Shown here piece by piece: positions 1 through 9,467 of a stretch of 24,324 nucleotides of DNA (within the stretch, counting starts at the first letter, position 1; each line of letters opens with the position of its first letter). The position numbers and the translations under genes were made by a program. Source of the stretch: a virus. Its lineage: Duplodnaviria > Caudoviricetes. The notes beneath the pieces were generated by a model. That model was given only the letters and a program-made list of their open reading frames with translations, ran no database searches and was not told the DNA's origin. Where the stretch lies: positions 1 to 24,324 of IMG/VR virus record IMGVR_UViG_3300037313_000380; one strand, 5' to 3'.

Positions 1-1
1 T

Positions 2-115
2 GGCTCCGAGACCACGCACGGACGCGGCCCGGTAGGTGTCGGGTCCGAGGTCATCGCGCACCGCGCCTACCCCGACGAGTGCCACGTCCTTCCGCCCGGT
101 GGAGGACCCGCATGA
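2..115 (+). CDS. Hypothetical protein, 3' end only (…GSEVIAHRAYPDECHVLPPGGGPA*)
   Basis: Frame is open from the window edge; its TGA at 113-115 overlaps the ATG at 112 (ATGA coupling). Confidence 0.5.
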   Translation, partial: GSETTHGRGPVGVGSEVIAHRAYPDECHVLPPGGGPA

Positions 116-303
116 AGCCTCCGAAGCACCGGGCCCGCGTCCTCGCCGTCACCCACGGCCGCACCCCCTGGCCCAAGCACCGCGACGACAGCAACGGCCC
201 TGCACCCGTCGACGGCATGACCGAGTACCAGGCGAAGTGGGTCGCCGCCATGAAGGTCCGCGAACGCGAGATCCACCTGCAGCAGATGGCGAGGTGCAAC
301 TGA
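112..303 (+). CDS. Hypothetical protein, 63 aa (MKPPKHRARV…)
   Basis: GGAGGA RBS at 101-106, ATG at 112, TGATG overlap with the next gene. Confidence 0.7.
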   Translation: MKPPKHRARVLAVTHGRTPWPKHRDDSNGPAPVDGMTEYQAKWVAAMKVREREIHLQQMARCN

Positions 304-434
304 TGACCCAGAAGCCCGCGTCCGGCTGGGTCAAACCCGTCGAGATCGTCCACCTCCTCGCCGAACACCCGCACCTGCGCGACTCGTTCCCGCTCGCCGT
401 GGTCGTCGACGCCGCAGTCCGGGAGAACGCATGA
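303..434 (+). CDS. Hypothetical protein, 43 aa (MTQKPASGWV…)
   Basis: TGATG coupling upstream and ATGA coupling downstream; G/C-rich third codon positions. Confidence 0.6.
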   Translation: MTQKPASGWVKPVEIVHLLAEHPHLRDSFPLAVVVDAAVRENA

Positions 435-556
435 GAGCGGCATACGACTCCGTCTGCGCCAGGTGCCCGGACCCGATCCGCAAGGGCGACCCGATCGTCC
501 GACACCGCGACGGCTACATCCACGTCCGGTGCGCCAGCGGACAGGACGACGACTGA
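431..556 (+). CDS. Small zinc-finger-like protein, 41 aa (MRAAYDSVCARCPDPIRKGDPIVRHRDGYIHVRCASGQDDD); absent from the ORF track
   Basis: Translated by hand. ATG at 431 follows GGGAG, CxxC…HxxC motif, TGATG overlap with the next gene. Confidence 0.7.
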   Translation: MRAAYDSVCARCPDPIRKGDPIVRHRDGYIHVRCASGQDDD

Positions 557-1773
557 TGGCCACGAAGACGAAGGCCCCGTGGCGGTCCGGTTTCTGCGCC
601 GACGGCAACCCCGACGAGTCGCACAACCGGTGCGACGAGCACCCCCGCGCCGACGGCGTCCCCTGCTCCTGCCTGTGCCACATGGCACCGGCGCACACCA
701 CTACAAATAGAGAAGGCGCCGCGGCGCCAACGCACGGAAGGGGGGCCGCCGGCGATCCCGAACGGCCCCCCTTCGACCTCCACCTGATCACCCCGACGGG
801 CGTGCTCGTCACCGATGCCGAGCCCGAGACGGACGAGTGGTTCGCCGCCCGACGCGAGGGCATCACCGGGACGGACCTGCCGAAGATCCTCGGCCTCACG
901 AAGTACGGCAACGCCCTCTCGGTGTGGCTCGACAAGCGCGGCGAGCTCGACGACTCCGCCGGCGAGGCCGCGCTCTGGGGTCAGATCCTCGAGGACCCCG
1001 TCGCGCAGGAGTGGGCCCGTCGCCACGACACGACCGTGACGCCCGTCGGCGTCCTGGCCAACCACGAGCGGCCATGGATCCGGGCCAGCCTCGACCGTCT
1101 CGTCGAGACCTGCCCCGACGGCGACGACCGATGCGGGCTCGAGGTCAAGACACGGTCGGCGTTCAAGTCGAAGCTCTTTCAGTCCGAGATTCCCGACGAC
1201 GTGCTCGCCCAGACGACTTGGGGTCTGCTGACCACCGGCCTACACCACATGCACGTCGCCGTCCTGATCGGCGGGCAGGAGCTCCGGTCCTTCCGCGTCG
1301 ACCGTGACCCGAAGATCGAGGAGTACCTCCTCGAGGCCGCTGCCCCAGTCTGGGCGGCCGTCGGTGACGGCGTACCCCCGGAGGCGCACCCGGACTCCGA
1401 GGGCGTCCTCCTCGGCATGCTGAACGAGCTCTACAGCCACCGCGCCGGCGACCGCCACCTCGACCCAGATAAGGCCCGCCCGTGGCTCGACCAGTACGCC
1501 GAGGGCGCCGAGATCGAGAAGCAGGGCGAGGCCCTCAAGGAGCAGGCGAAGGCCGGGCTCGTGCAGCTGCTCGACGACGGCGACGCCGGGCTCGTCGACG
1601 GCACCCTCGCCTTCACCTACAAGGCCCCGCCGCCCGGCGAGACGCTCTCGGCCGCCAACCTCCGCAAGTTCCGCACCGACCAGCCGGAGGTCTACGAAGC
1701 CCTCCGCGCCGACGGCTACATCACCCCGACCCGACCCGGGCCGCGTTTCGACATGAAGGAGACAACCGCATGA
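556..1773 (+). CDS. YqaJ-like viral recombinase exonuclease (RecE/lambda-exo family) with an N-terminal Cys/His extension
   Basis: Motifs EWFAARREGITGTD, WGQILEDPVA, PWIRASLDRL, GLEVKT, followed directly by recT. Start placed at ATG 556 (TGATG coupling). Confidence 0.9.
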   Translation: MATKTKAPWRSGFCADGNPDESHNRCDEHPRADGVPCSCLCHMAPAHTTTNREGAAAPTHGRGAAGDPERPPFDLHLITPTGVLVTDAEPETDEWFAARREGITGTDLPKILGLTKYGNALSVWLDKRGELDDSAGEAALWGQILEDPVAQEWARRHDTTVTPVGVLANHERPWIRASLDRLVETCPDGDDRCGLEVKTRSAFKSKLFQSEIPDDVLAQTTWGLLTTGLHHMHVAVLIGGQELRSFRVDRDPKIEEYLLEAAAPVWAAVGDGVPPEAHPDSEGVLLGMLNELYSHRAGDRHLDPDKARPWLDQYAEGAEIEKQGEALKEQAKAGLVQLLDDGDAGLVDGTLAFTYKAPPPGETLSAANLRKFRTDQPEVYEALRADGYITPTRPGPRFDMKETTA

Positions 1774-2726
1774 GCAACCTGACCGAGCGCGCCCACGGCA
1801 CCGCTGTCGAGCGTCGCCCCGAAGGCGGCACGCTGCGCGACCAGATCATGCAGATGGAGTCCCAGTTCGCCCTGGCGATGCCCAAGGGCATGGAGGCCGC
1901 ACAGCTCGTCCGCGACGCCCTCACCGCCCTGAAGCAGACGCCGAAGCTCGCCGAGGCCACCCCGCAGTCGGTGCTCGGTGCGCTCATGACCTGCGCCCAG
2001 CTCGGGCTCCGGCCCGGCGTGCTCGGGCACGCGTGGGTCCTGCCCTACTGGGACAGCAAGTCGCGGTCCTTCGTCGCCCAGCTCATCGTCGGCTACAAGG
2101 GGTACGTCGAGCTCGCCTATCGGTCCGGCCACATCGCCAGCATCATCGGCCGCACCGTCTACGAGGGCGACACCTTCGACGTCGAGTACGGCCTCGACGA
2201 CAAGCTCGTCCACAAGCCCGCGATGAAGGGCGAGCGGACCACGCCGATCGCCCACTACGCGATGGTCAAGCTCGCCAACGGCGGCCGCTCGTTCTGGGTC
2301 ATGACCGAGGACGAGATGCAGGCGTGGAAGAAGCGCTACGCCCCGACCAACAAGTCCGGCAACATCGTCGGCCCGTGGGTCTCGGACTACGAGGCCATGG
2401 CCCGGAAGACGTGCCTGCTGCGGCTGGCCGCGTGGCTCCCGAAGTCGACGGAGATGGCGTACGCGATCGAGGTCGACAATGGCGTCCGCACCAACGTCGA
2501 CCCGTCCGCCTCACTCACCGAGGTCACGCATCGATACGAGCAGGTGACCGATCCCGACGAGGCTGGCGCCGGCGGCACGGTGCCGGGCGAGGTCGTCGAT
2601 CGATCGCTCTGCCCTGAGTGCACACAGGGCAAGCACCCCAACTGCTCCGGCCAGGCGTGGGACTCCGAGGCCGACGCCCCGGGCCCGTGCACCTGCACCG
2701 ACGAGAGCCACGGAGCGAAAGCATGA
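1770..2726 (+). CDS. recT: RecT-family single-strand annealing recombinase with a C-terminal Cys/His tail
   Basis: Motifs SVLGALMTCAQLGLRP, LGHAWVLPY, QLIVGYKGYVELAYRSG, PWVSDYEAMARKT. AAGGAG RBS and ATGA overlap. Confidence 0.93.
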   Translation: MSNLTERAHGTAVERRPEGGTLRDQIMQMESQFALAMPKGMEAAQLVRDALTALKQTPKLAEATPQSVLGALMTCAQLGLRPGVLGHAWVLPYWDSKSRSFVAQLIVGYKGYVELAYRSGHIASIIGRTVYEGDTFDVEYGLDDKLVHKPAMKGERTTPIAHYAMVKLANGGRSFWVMTEDEMQAWKKRYAPTNKSGNIVGPWVSDYEAMARKTCLLRLAAWLPKSTEMAYAIEVDNGVRTNVDPSASLTEVTHRYEQVTDPDEAGAGGTVPGEVVDRSLCPECTQGKHPNCSGQAWDSEADAPGPCTCTDESHGAKA

Positions 2727-2947
2727 GCACCCGCAAGCGTCGCGCCTACCTGATCTTCCGCGCCTCCGACGAATCACTGCGCGTCGTGAACAAGCCGCCC
2801 CGCCTCGCGTGGGACGAGATCGCGTTCACCGTCGACGTCACCGTCCCCGACCCCTGGGGGCGGCTCGCCGGAAGCGTGCTGATCGAACTCCCCGAGAACG
2901 GCCCTGCGGTCGTCGAGGTTGTTCAGCCGTCGGAGGTGCAGTCATGA
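2723..2947 (+). CDS. Hypothetical protein, 74 aa (MSTRKRRAYL…)
   Basis: GGAG RBS; ATGA overlaps at both ends. Confidence 0.7.
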   Translation: MSTRKRRAYLIFRASDESLRVVNKPPRLAWDEIAFTVDVTVPDPWGRLAGSVLIELPENGPAVVEVVQPSEVQS

Positions 2948-3045
2948 GGTGGCTGAAGTCGGCCGCGGATCTCGCCGTCGATGTGATCACCGGCGTCGCG
3001 CTGTCGGTCGCAGCGCTGATCGACGACTGGCGGGCCGAACGGTGA
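2944..3045 (+). CDS. Small hydrophobic hypothetical protein, 33 aa (MRWLKSAADLAVDVITGVALSVAALIDDWRAER)
   Basis: GGAGG RBS; ATGA and GTGA overlaps fill the gap exactly. Confidence 0.55.
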   Translation: MRWLKSAADLAVDVITGVALSVAALIDDWRAER

Positions 3046-3401
3046 GCCGGCCGTCCGCGGTCCTCATGGACGAGGAGCAGCTCGAGCTCCCCGACCTGCT
3101 GCCGCTCTCGGAGCCGGCGTACACCGCTGACCTGTCGATCGCCGAACGGTTCGAGATGTTCCACGCGGCGAACCCGCACGTCGCGCAGGCGCTCGAGTCG
3201 TTGGCCGCCCAGTGGCTCCGGCGACACAAGCGCGCCTCCATGAAGGCCCTCTTCGAGCGACTCCGCTGGGAGTCCGGTCTGCAGACGCACGGCGAGGCGT
3301 ACCGGCTGAACAACAACTACACGGCGCACTACGCCCGCCTGCTGATCGAGCGTCGCCCGGAGTGGCGCGACGCCTTCGAGATCCGTGAACGGAGCAACTG
3401 A
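3042..3401 (+). CDS. Phage hypothetical protein (FHAANPHV…LNNNYTAHYARLL)
   Basis: GTGA and TGATG coupling. The motif resembles a conserved phage protein family from memory; function unknown. Confidence 0.75.
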   Translation: MSRPSAVLMDEEQLELPDLLPLSEPAYTADLSIAERFEMFHAANPHVAQALESLAAQWLRRHKRASMKALFERLRWESGLQTHGEAYRLNNNYTAHYARLLIERRPEWRDAFEIRERSN

Positions 3402-3673
3402 TGATCCCACTGACCATCACGACGAACCTCGACATCGACCCGTGGACCGACCTGCTCGACGCGGGGCTTCCCCACAACCCGAACGGGGTGACGGCGCGGA
3501 TCGAGCGCGTCGGCGTCCTGCCCAACGGGACACAGCAGGGCCGCGCCTGCATCGCGCTCCTCGTCCGACTCCCTGACGGCACACCGGTCATCGCGGAGAC
3601 GACCCTGCGCCTGTTCAACGTCGCCGCACGCGCAGTCGCTGCCACTCCCGTGGCCCAGATGGAGGACCTGTGA
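3401..3673 (+). CDS. Hypothetical protein, 90 aa
   Basis: GGAG RBS; coupled at both ends. Confidence 0.75.
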   Translation: MIPLTITTNLDIDPWTDLLDAGLPHNPNGVTARIERVGVLPNGTQQGRACIALLVRLPDGTPVIAETTLRLFNVAARAVAATPVAQMEDL

Positions 3674-4755
3674 GCACCATGAAAGTCCGGCTCGACCGAG
3701 CCACCCTCGCCGACGCCGCAGGCTGGGTCGCCCAGGCGATCAGCAAGAGGCCCACCACACCCGCCATGGGCGGCATCCGGCTCACCGCCGTCGACAACAT
3801 GCTCACCCTCGCAGCGTTCGACTACGAAGCCGCCCACGTCGCCCACGTGTCCGCTGAGGTCGTCACCGACGGCGAGGTCCTCGTGTCCGGGCCCATGTTC
3901 CGCAGCATCGTGACCGCGATCAAGGGCAAAGAACTCGAGCTCGTCCTCGACGACACCCGGCTCACCGTGCAGGCCGGGCGGTCCACGTACCGGCTCGGCG
4001 TCATGCCGCTCGCCGACTACCCGCAGCTGCCCGCGTTCCCCACACTCGCCGGGCAGGTCGCAGCCGAGGACCTGGCGCACCTCGTCGGCACCGTCGAGCA
4101 CGCCGCGGCCGTGAACGACAACGTCCCCATCCTCGAAGCGATCAACCTGCGCGGCACCAGCAACACCCTCACGGCGTTCGCGACCGACCGGTTCCGCATC
4201 GCCCGCGCCGAGACCGCCCTCACCGATGGCAGCGACTTCGAGATCAACGTCATCGGCTCCGGCCTGTCCGCTGCCCTCAAGGGCATGACCGGCACGGTCG
4301 AGATCGGCGTCGAAGGCGGCTCGTTCGGGCTCGCCGACACGCACCGCACAGTCGTCACCCGGATCCTCGACGAGCAGCACGTCAACCCCGACCCCTACTT
4401 CAAGATCCCGCCCGTCGTGTCCGTCGAGGTCGACACGAAGGACCTGGCCGAAGCCATCAAGCGGGCCACCCTCGTCGGCGACGCACACGACCGGGTGCTG
4501 CTGTCGGTCACACCCGACGAGGTCGCCATCACCTCCGACTCAACCACCGCGGAGGGTGCCGAGTACGTCGAGTGCACCGCAGACGGCGAGATCTCCGCCC
4601 TGTTCAACGGCGCGTTCCTCGTGCAGTCCCTGCTCGCCGTCGCCGGCGACCGCGCCCACCTCGGCTTCGTCGACGACAAGAAGCCACTCATCATCCGCCC
4701 GACCGACGCCGACTCCCCGGCCGCCGTCGTCATGCCCAGGAGGAAGACCGCATGA
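3670..4755 (+). CDS. dnaN: DNA polymerase III beta subunit (sliding clamp), phage-encoded
   Basis: 361 aa. MKVRLDRATLADA…AAFDYE…DYPQLP…ATDRFRIA…FNGAFL…VVMPRR follows the actinobacterial DnaN pattern. Confidence 0.92.
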   Translation: MSTMKVRLDRATLADAAGWVAQAISKRPTTPAMGGIRLTAVDNMLTLAAFDYEAAHVAHVSAEVVTDGEVLVSGPMFRSIVTAIKGKELELVLDDTRLTVQAGRSTYRLGVMPLADYPQLPAFPTLAGQVAAEDLAHLVGTVEHAAAVNDNVPILEAINLRGTSNTLTAFATDRFRIARAETALTDGSDFEINVIGSGLSAALKGMTGTVEIGVEGGSFGLADTHRTVVTRILDEQHVNPDPYFKIPPVVSVEVDTKDLAEAIKRATLVGDAHDRVLLSVTPDEVAITSDSTTAEGAEYVECTADGEISALFNGAFLVQSLLAVAGDRAHLGFVDDKKPLIIRPTDADSPAAVVMPRRKTA

Positions 4756-5066
4756 CCAAGAACCAGTTCCGCGGCGTCGTCGGCGGCGTCACCTACACCG
4801 ACCGCGCCCTATTCGAGCAGGCCGCCCACGACCTCGGTTTCCGTGGCCCGGGCAAGGACCGCGCACGAAGCTGGAAGATCGGCACGCCCGTCGCCGTGGT
4901 GCTCAACGACGGCACCCGCGTCGGCGGCCAGGTGTGGTCGATGTCGAGCATCCGCAACTACGCGTGGCTCGCTCTCGACACGGGCGCGTTCGTCGAGGTG
5001 TTCATGCCGCGGCCGGAGCAGGTCCGCGACGAGGACCGCAACTACGTCGGCAAGGTCGCTGCCTGA
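4752..5066 (+). CDS. Hypothetical protein, 104 aa (MTKNQFRGVV…)
   Basis: GGAGGA RBS; ATGA and TGATG overlaps. Confidence 0.75.
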   Translation: MTKNQFRGVVGGVTYTDRALFEQAAHDLGFRGPGKDRARSWKIGTPVAVVLNDGTRVGGQVWSMSSIRNYAWLALDTGAFVEVFMPRPEQVRDEDRNYVGKVAA

Positions 5067-6742
5067 TGCTGACCATGACCGACCTGTTCGCTGGCGCGGG
5101 CGGGTCCTCGACCGGCGCGATCGACGTCGACGGCGTCGAGGTCAAGTTCGCCGCGAACCACTGGCCCAAGGCTGTCGAGGTCCACAACGCGAACCACCCC
5201 GACGCCGACCACCTCTGCGCGGACATCTCCCAGTACGACCCTCGGCGCACACCCCGGACCGACATCCTCTGGGCCTCACCCGAGTGCACCAACCACTCCC
5301 AGGCGAAGGGCCGGAAGCGGAAGGACACGGGGCAGCCCGACATCTTCGGCGAGGTCCTGCCCGACGAAGCCGCCGAACGGTCCCGGGCCACAATGTGGGA
5401 CGTCATCCGGTTCGCCGAGGTCCACCGGTACGCCGCGATCGTCGTCGAGAACGTCGTCGACGTCGCCAAGTGGGCGCCGTACCCCGCGTGGCTGATGGCG
5501 CTCGACAACCTCGGCTACGAGGTACAGATCGTGTCCCTCAACAGCATGCACGCCCAGAAGGGCGGACTGCCCGCCCCACAGTCCCGGGACCGCTGGTACG
5601 CCGTCTGCACCCGCAAGGGCAGTCCCCGGCCGGACCTCGCGGGCATGCAGCGGCCGCGCTCCTACTGCCCCAGCTGTGACGAGGTCGTCGAGGCACTGCA
5701 GTCGTGGAAGAAGCCGGGCAACACCGTCGGTCGCTACCGGTCGCAGTACGTCTACCGGTGCCCCAAGCACACGTGCCGGGGGCAGATCGTCGAACCTGGT
5801 TGGCTTCCGGCCGCGGCCGCAATCGACTGGTCCCTACCCGGCACCCGCATCGGCGACCGAGACAAGCAGCTCGCCGACAAGACCCGGCGCCGGATCGCCG
5901 CCGGCATCGCCCGGTACTGGCACCCGATCCACCTTGAAGCGGGCGGGCACACGTACGACGCCGCCGACCCGAAGCACCTCAACTACGACGACCCCAACGG
6001 CTACTACCGCGCCTGGTCGACGTACGACGTCCTGAAGACGCTGCACACGATCGAGTCGAAGGCGCTGGCCATCCCCGTCGAGGGCCGCGAGGGCAAGCAG
6101 GCCCGCACCATGGGCGAGCCGCTCCGCACCATGACGACCCGGCTCGAGACGGCGATGGTGCAGCCGTTCATCGCCGAGCTTCGCGGCGGCGGCTCGGACG
6201 CGCGAGCGATCAGCGAGGCGCTCGCCACGTTCTGTGCGGCCGGGAATCACCACGGCCTCGTGACACCGGTCGGCGGTACGTGGACGGACGACTCGGTCGA
6301 CGTCAGTCGCCACCCGCTCGCCACCCAGACCACCAACGACGGCAACGCGCTTGTGACGCCGTACTACGGCGCGAGCCAGTCAGCGCGGCCGACGTCGGAG
6401 GCGATCGGCGCGCTGACCACGGTCGACCGGTACGCGCTCGTCATGCGCAACAACGGCGGCGGAGCCGAGATGACCACGCCCGCAACCGAGGCACTCCGGA
6501 CCCTCACCACCGCTGGGCACCAGTCGGTCCTCACACCGGGTGACCTGGCCGCGGCCGAGGCGCAGGTCGACGACTGCCTGTTCCGGATGCTCGAACCGCA
6601 CGAGGTCGCCGCCGGTATGGCGTTCCCCGGCGACTACATCTGGGAAGGAACCCGCCGCGAGCGGGTCCGGATGGCCGGCAACGCCGTCACGCCCCCGGCC
6701 GCCCGCGACCTGATCGCCTGCGTCGTGGAGACCCTGTCATGA
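5066..6742 (+). CDS. DNA (cytosine-5)-methyltransferase
   Basis: Motif I DLFAGAGG, motif IV WASPECTNHS, motif VI VENV, motif VIII PQSRDRWY, motifs IX/X RMLEPHE…AGNAVTPP. Start at ATG 5066 (TGATG). Confidence 0.93.
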   Translation: MLTMTDLFAGAGGSSTGAIDVDGVEVKFAANHWPKAVEVHNANHPDADHLCADISQYDPRRTPRTDILWASPECTNHSQAKGRKRKDTGQPDIFGEVLPDEAAERSRATMWDVIRFAEVHRYAAIVVENVVDVAKWAPYPAWLMALDNLGYEVQIVSLNSMHAQKGGLPAPQSRDRWYAVCTRKGSPRPDLAGMQRPRSYCPSCDEVVEALQSWKKPGNTVGRYRSQYVYRCPKHTCRGQIVEPGWLPAAAAIDWSLPGTRIGDRDKQLADKTRRRIAAGIARYWHPIHLEAGGHTYDAADPKHLNYDDPNGYYRAWSTYDVLKTLHTIESKALAIPVEGREGKQARTMGEPLRTMTTRLETAMVQPFIAELRGGGSDARAISEALATFCAAGNHHGLVTPVGGTWTDDSVDVSRHPLATQTTNDGNALVTPYYGASQSARPTSEAIGALTTVDRYALVMRNNGGGAEMTTPATEALRTLTTAGHQSVLTPGDLAAAEAQVDDCLFRMLEPHEVAAGMAFPGDYIWEGTRRERVRMAGNAVTPPAARDLIACVVETLS

Positions 6743-6963
6743 GCAGGGCCGGCTGGGTCAAGGCAGTCAGCCAGAACAGGCTCGAGGACCTCCGCTGGAT
6801 GTACGACACCGGCGAGTCGGGCAAGGGCGCCGCACGCCGCCTCGGACTCGAATACCGCCACCTCGACAAGTGGGCGCGTCGCAACCGCATCCCGTTCTGG
6901 ACCACCATGATCGCCCGCAACCCACGCGACTGGAACGCCTACGAAGGCAGGCGATCCGCGTGA
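6739..6963 (+). CDS. Small HTH-like DNA-binding protein, 74 aa
   Basis: AARRLGLEYRHLDKWARR resembles an HTH; coupled at both ends. Confidence 0.65.
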   Translation: MSRAGWVKAVSQNRLEDLRWMYDTGESGKGAARRLGLEYRHLDKWARRNRIPFWTTMIARNPRDWNAYEGRRSA

Positions 6964-9467
6964 CCGCCTACGCCGAGTTCCTCGCCGAGAAGATCAACTT
7001 CGACTCCGCCTGCGGGTTCGACGTCGACCCCGTCCGGGTCCACCAGGTCCTGAAGCCGCACCAGCGCGACATCGTCGCCTGGGCCGTCGCCGGCGGCCGT
7101 CGCGCGATCTTCGCCGCCTTCGGGCTCGGCAAATCCGTCATGCAGCTCGAGGTCCTCCGCCTCACCCTCGAGGAGCACGGCGGCGGCCGCGCGCTGATCG
7201 TGTGCCCGCTCGGAGTCCGCCAGGAGTTCATCCGCGACGCCGCCATGCTCGACCAGACCGTCACGTTCGTGCGTCGAACCGACGAGGTCGACGGGCCCGG
7301 GATCTACCTCACCAACTACGAGTCCATCCGCGACGGACGCCTCGACGCGAACCTGTTCGACGCCGTCAGCCTCGACGAAGCGAGCGTCCTCAGGTCCTTC
7401 GGGTCGAAGACCTACCAGACGTTCCTCGCGCTCTTCGACGCCGTCCCCTACCGGTTCGTCGCCACCGCCACCCCGTCACCGAACCGGTACAAGGAACTCA
7501 TCCACTACGCCGGCTTCCTCGGCGTCATGGACACCGGCCAGGCGCTCACGCGGTTCTTCCAGCGCGACTCGACGCAGGCGAACAACCTCACCCTCTACCC
7601 GCACAAGGAACGCGAGTTCTGGTTGTGGCTCACCACGTGGGCGATCTTCCTGCAGTCCCCCGCCGACCTCGGGTACGACGCCACCGGGTACGACCTGCCC
7701 GACATCGAAGTGGTCTGGCATCAGATCCCCGTCGACCACCTCGCGAACCCCGAGGTCGAAGCCGACGGCCGCGTCCAGCTGTTCCAGCGCGGCGCGCTCG
7801 GTGTCACCGCCGCATCCCGCACCAAGCGCGACACCCTCGACGCCAGGGTCGACAAGGCCGCCGAGATCGTCAACGCCTCACCCGAAGATCACTTCATCGT
7901 CTGGCACGACCTCGAAGACGAACGCCGAGCACTCGCGGCCGCGCTGCCTGACGCCGTCGCGGTGTACGGGTCGCTCGACCTGGACGAGCGCGAGCGCCGG
8001 ATCCTCGAGTTCTCAGACGGCCACAGTCGGCTCCTGCTGACCAAGCCCGTGCTCTCCGGGTCCGGCTGCAACTTCCAACGGCACTGCCACCGCGCCATCT
8101 ACGTCGGCGTCGGGTTCAAGTTCAACGACTTCATCCAGTCCCTGCACCGCATCCACCGGTTCCTGCAAACCGAGCGCGTCCGGATCGACGTCATCTACGC
8201 CGAGACCGAGATCGAAGTCGTCCGCACCCTCCAACAGAAGTGGGCCCAGCACGAGGAGCTGACCAACACGATGACCGAGATCATCCGCGAACACGGCCTG
8301 TCGAAGGTCGCCGTCGACGTCGCCCTCTCCCGATCCATGGGCGTCGACCGGGTCGAAGCGTCCGGCGACGGCTGGCTCGTCGCCAACAACGACTGCGTAC
8401 CCGAGACCGAGGACATGGCCGACGACTCCGTCGACCTCATCGTCACCTCGATCCCGTTCGCCAACCACTACGAATACACGCCCTCGTACAACGACTTCGG
8501 CCACACCGACGACAACGACCACTTCTGGTCGCAGATGGACTACCTCACGCCCCAGCTGCTGCGCGTCCTCGCGCCCGGTCGGGTCTACGCCTGCCACGTC
8601 AAGGACCGGATCCTGTTCGGCTCGGTCACCGGCGCCGGCGCACCCACCGTCTCCCCGTTCCACGCCGAAGCGCTCATGCACGGCCGCCGCCACGGGTTCG
8701 ACTACATGGGCATGGTCACCGTCGTCACCGACGTCGTCCGGGAGAACAACCAGACGTACCGGCTCGGCTGGTCCGAGCAGTGCAAGGACGGCACGAAGAT
8801 GGGCGCCGGGTCCCCGGAGTACATCCTGCTGTTCCGCAAGCCCCAAACCGACCGCACCCGCGGGTACGCCGACACACCTGTCACGAAGGACAAGGCCGAC
8901 TACACCCGGGCCCGTTGGCAGGTCGATGCACACGCGTTCTGGCGGTCGAACGGTGACCGGCCACTCACCCCTGATGAGCTCGCCGCGCTCCCGCCCGACC
9001 AGATGTCGCGGCTCTTCACCGAGCAGACACTCCGGCAGGTCTACGACTACGAGTCGCACATCCGCATCGGCGAAGAGCTCGAGGGTCGCGGCGCACTCCC
9101 CGCGACCTTCATGTCCCTCGCCCCCGGATCCTGGCACCCCGAGGTCTGGCATGACGTCAACCGGATCCTCACCCTCAACACCGAGCAGTCCCGCAAGGCC
9201 CAGGCGATGCACGTCTGCCCACTGCAGTTCGACATCGTCGACCGGCTCATCAACAGGTTCTCCAACCCCGGCGACCTCGTCTACGACCCGTTCGGCGGCC
9301 TCTTCACGGTCCCGCTGCGCGCCCTGAAGGCCGGGCGCCGTGGCCGCGCCGTCGAGCTCAACCCCGGCTACTTCCTCGACGGCGTGAAGTACCTGCAGGC
9401 TCACGACGAAGCGTCGAGCATGCCGGGCCTCTTCGACCTCGTTGAGGACGAGGCGGCGGTGTCGTGA
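6960..9467 (+). CDS. SNF2-type helicase/ATPase fused to an N4-C/N6-A (beta-class) DNA methyltransferase
   Basis: N-terminal LKPHQ, FGLGKS (Walker A), LDEAS (Walker B), TATPSPN, QSLHRIHRF. C-terminal VDLIVTSIPF (motif IV variant) precedes HVCPLQ and YDPFGG (motif I). GTG start at 6960. Confidence 0.9.
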   Translation: MTAYAEFLAEKINFDSACGFDVDPVRVHQVLKPHQRDIVAWAVAGGRRAIFAAFGLGKSVMQLEVLRLTLEEHGGGRALIVCPLGVRQEFIRDAAMLDQTVTFVRRTDEVDGPGIYLTNYESIRDGRLDANLFDAVSLDEASVLRSFGSKTYQTFLALFDAVPYRFVATATPSPNRYKELIHYAGFLGVMDTGQALTRFFQRDSTQANNLTLYPHKEREFWLWLTTWAIFLQSPADLGYDATGYDLPDIEVVWHQIPVDHLANPEVEADGRVQLFQRGALGVTAASRTKRDTLDARVDKAAEIVNASPEDHFIVWHDLEDERRALAAALPDAVAVYGSLDLDERERRILEFSDGHSRLLLTKPVLSGSGCNFQRHCHRAIYVGVGFKFNDFIQSLHRIHRFLQTERVRIDVIYAETEIEVVRTLQQKWAQHEELTNTMTEIIREHGLSKVAVDVALSRSMGVDRVEASGDGWLVANNDCVPETEDMADDSVDLIVTSIPFANHYEYTPSYNDFGHTDDNDHFWSQMDYLTPQLLRVLAPGRVYACHVKDRILFGSVTGAGAPTVSPFHAEALMHGRRHGFDYMGMVTVVTDVVRENNQTYRLGWSEQCKDGTKMGAGSPEYILLFRKPQTDRTRGYADTPVTKDKADYTRARWQVDAHAFWRSNGDRPLTPDELAALPPDQMSRLFTEQTLRQVYDYESHIRIGEELEGRGALPATFMSLAPGSWHPEVWHDVNRILTLNTEQSRKAQAMHVCPLQFDIVDRLINRFSNPGDLVYDPFGGLFTVPLRALKAGRRGRAVELNPGYFLDGVKYLQAHDEASSMPGLFDLVEDEAAVS

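Noticed and set aside
4556-5065. Long N-terminal extensions in the ORF track (methylase from 4556, RecT from 1482, exonuclease from 463, whiB from 12377, terS from 13732, chaperone from 23093)
   Set aside because: They overlap upstream genes and are Arg/Pro-rich junk. Downstream starts with an RBS or stop-start overlap fit better.
5066-9467. Restriction-modification or DISARM/BREX-type defence system
   Set aside because: No nuclease or other defence components are present, and the genes are embedded in a coupled phage early operon.
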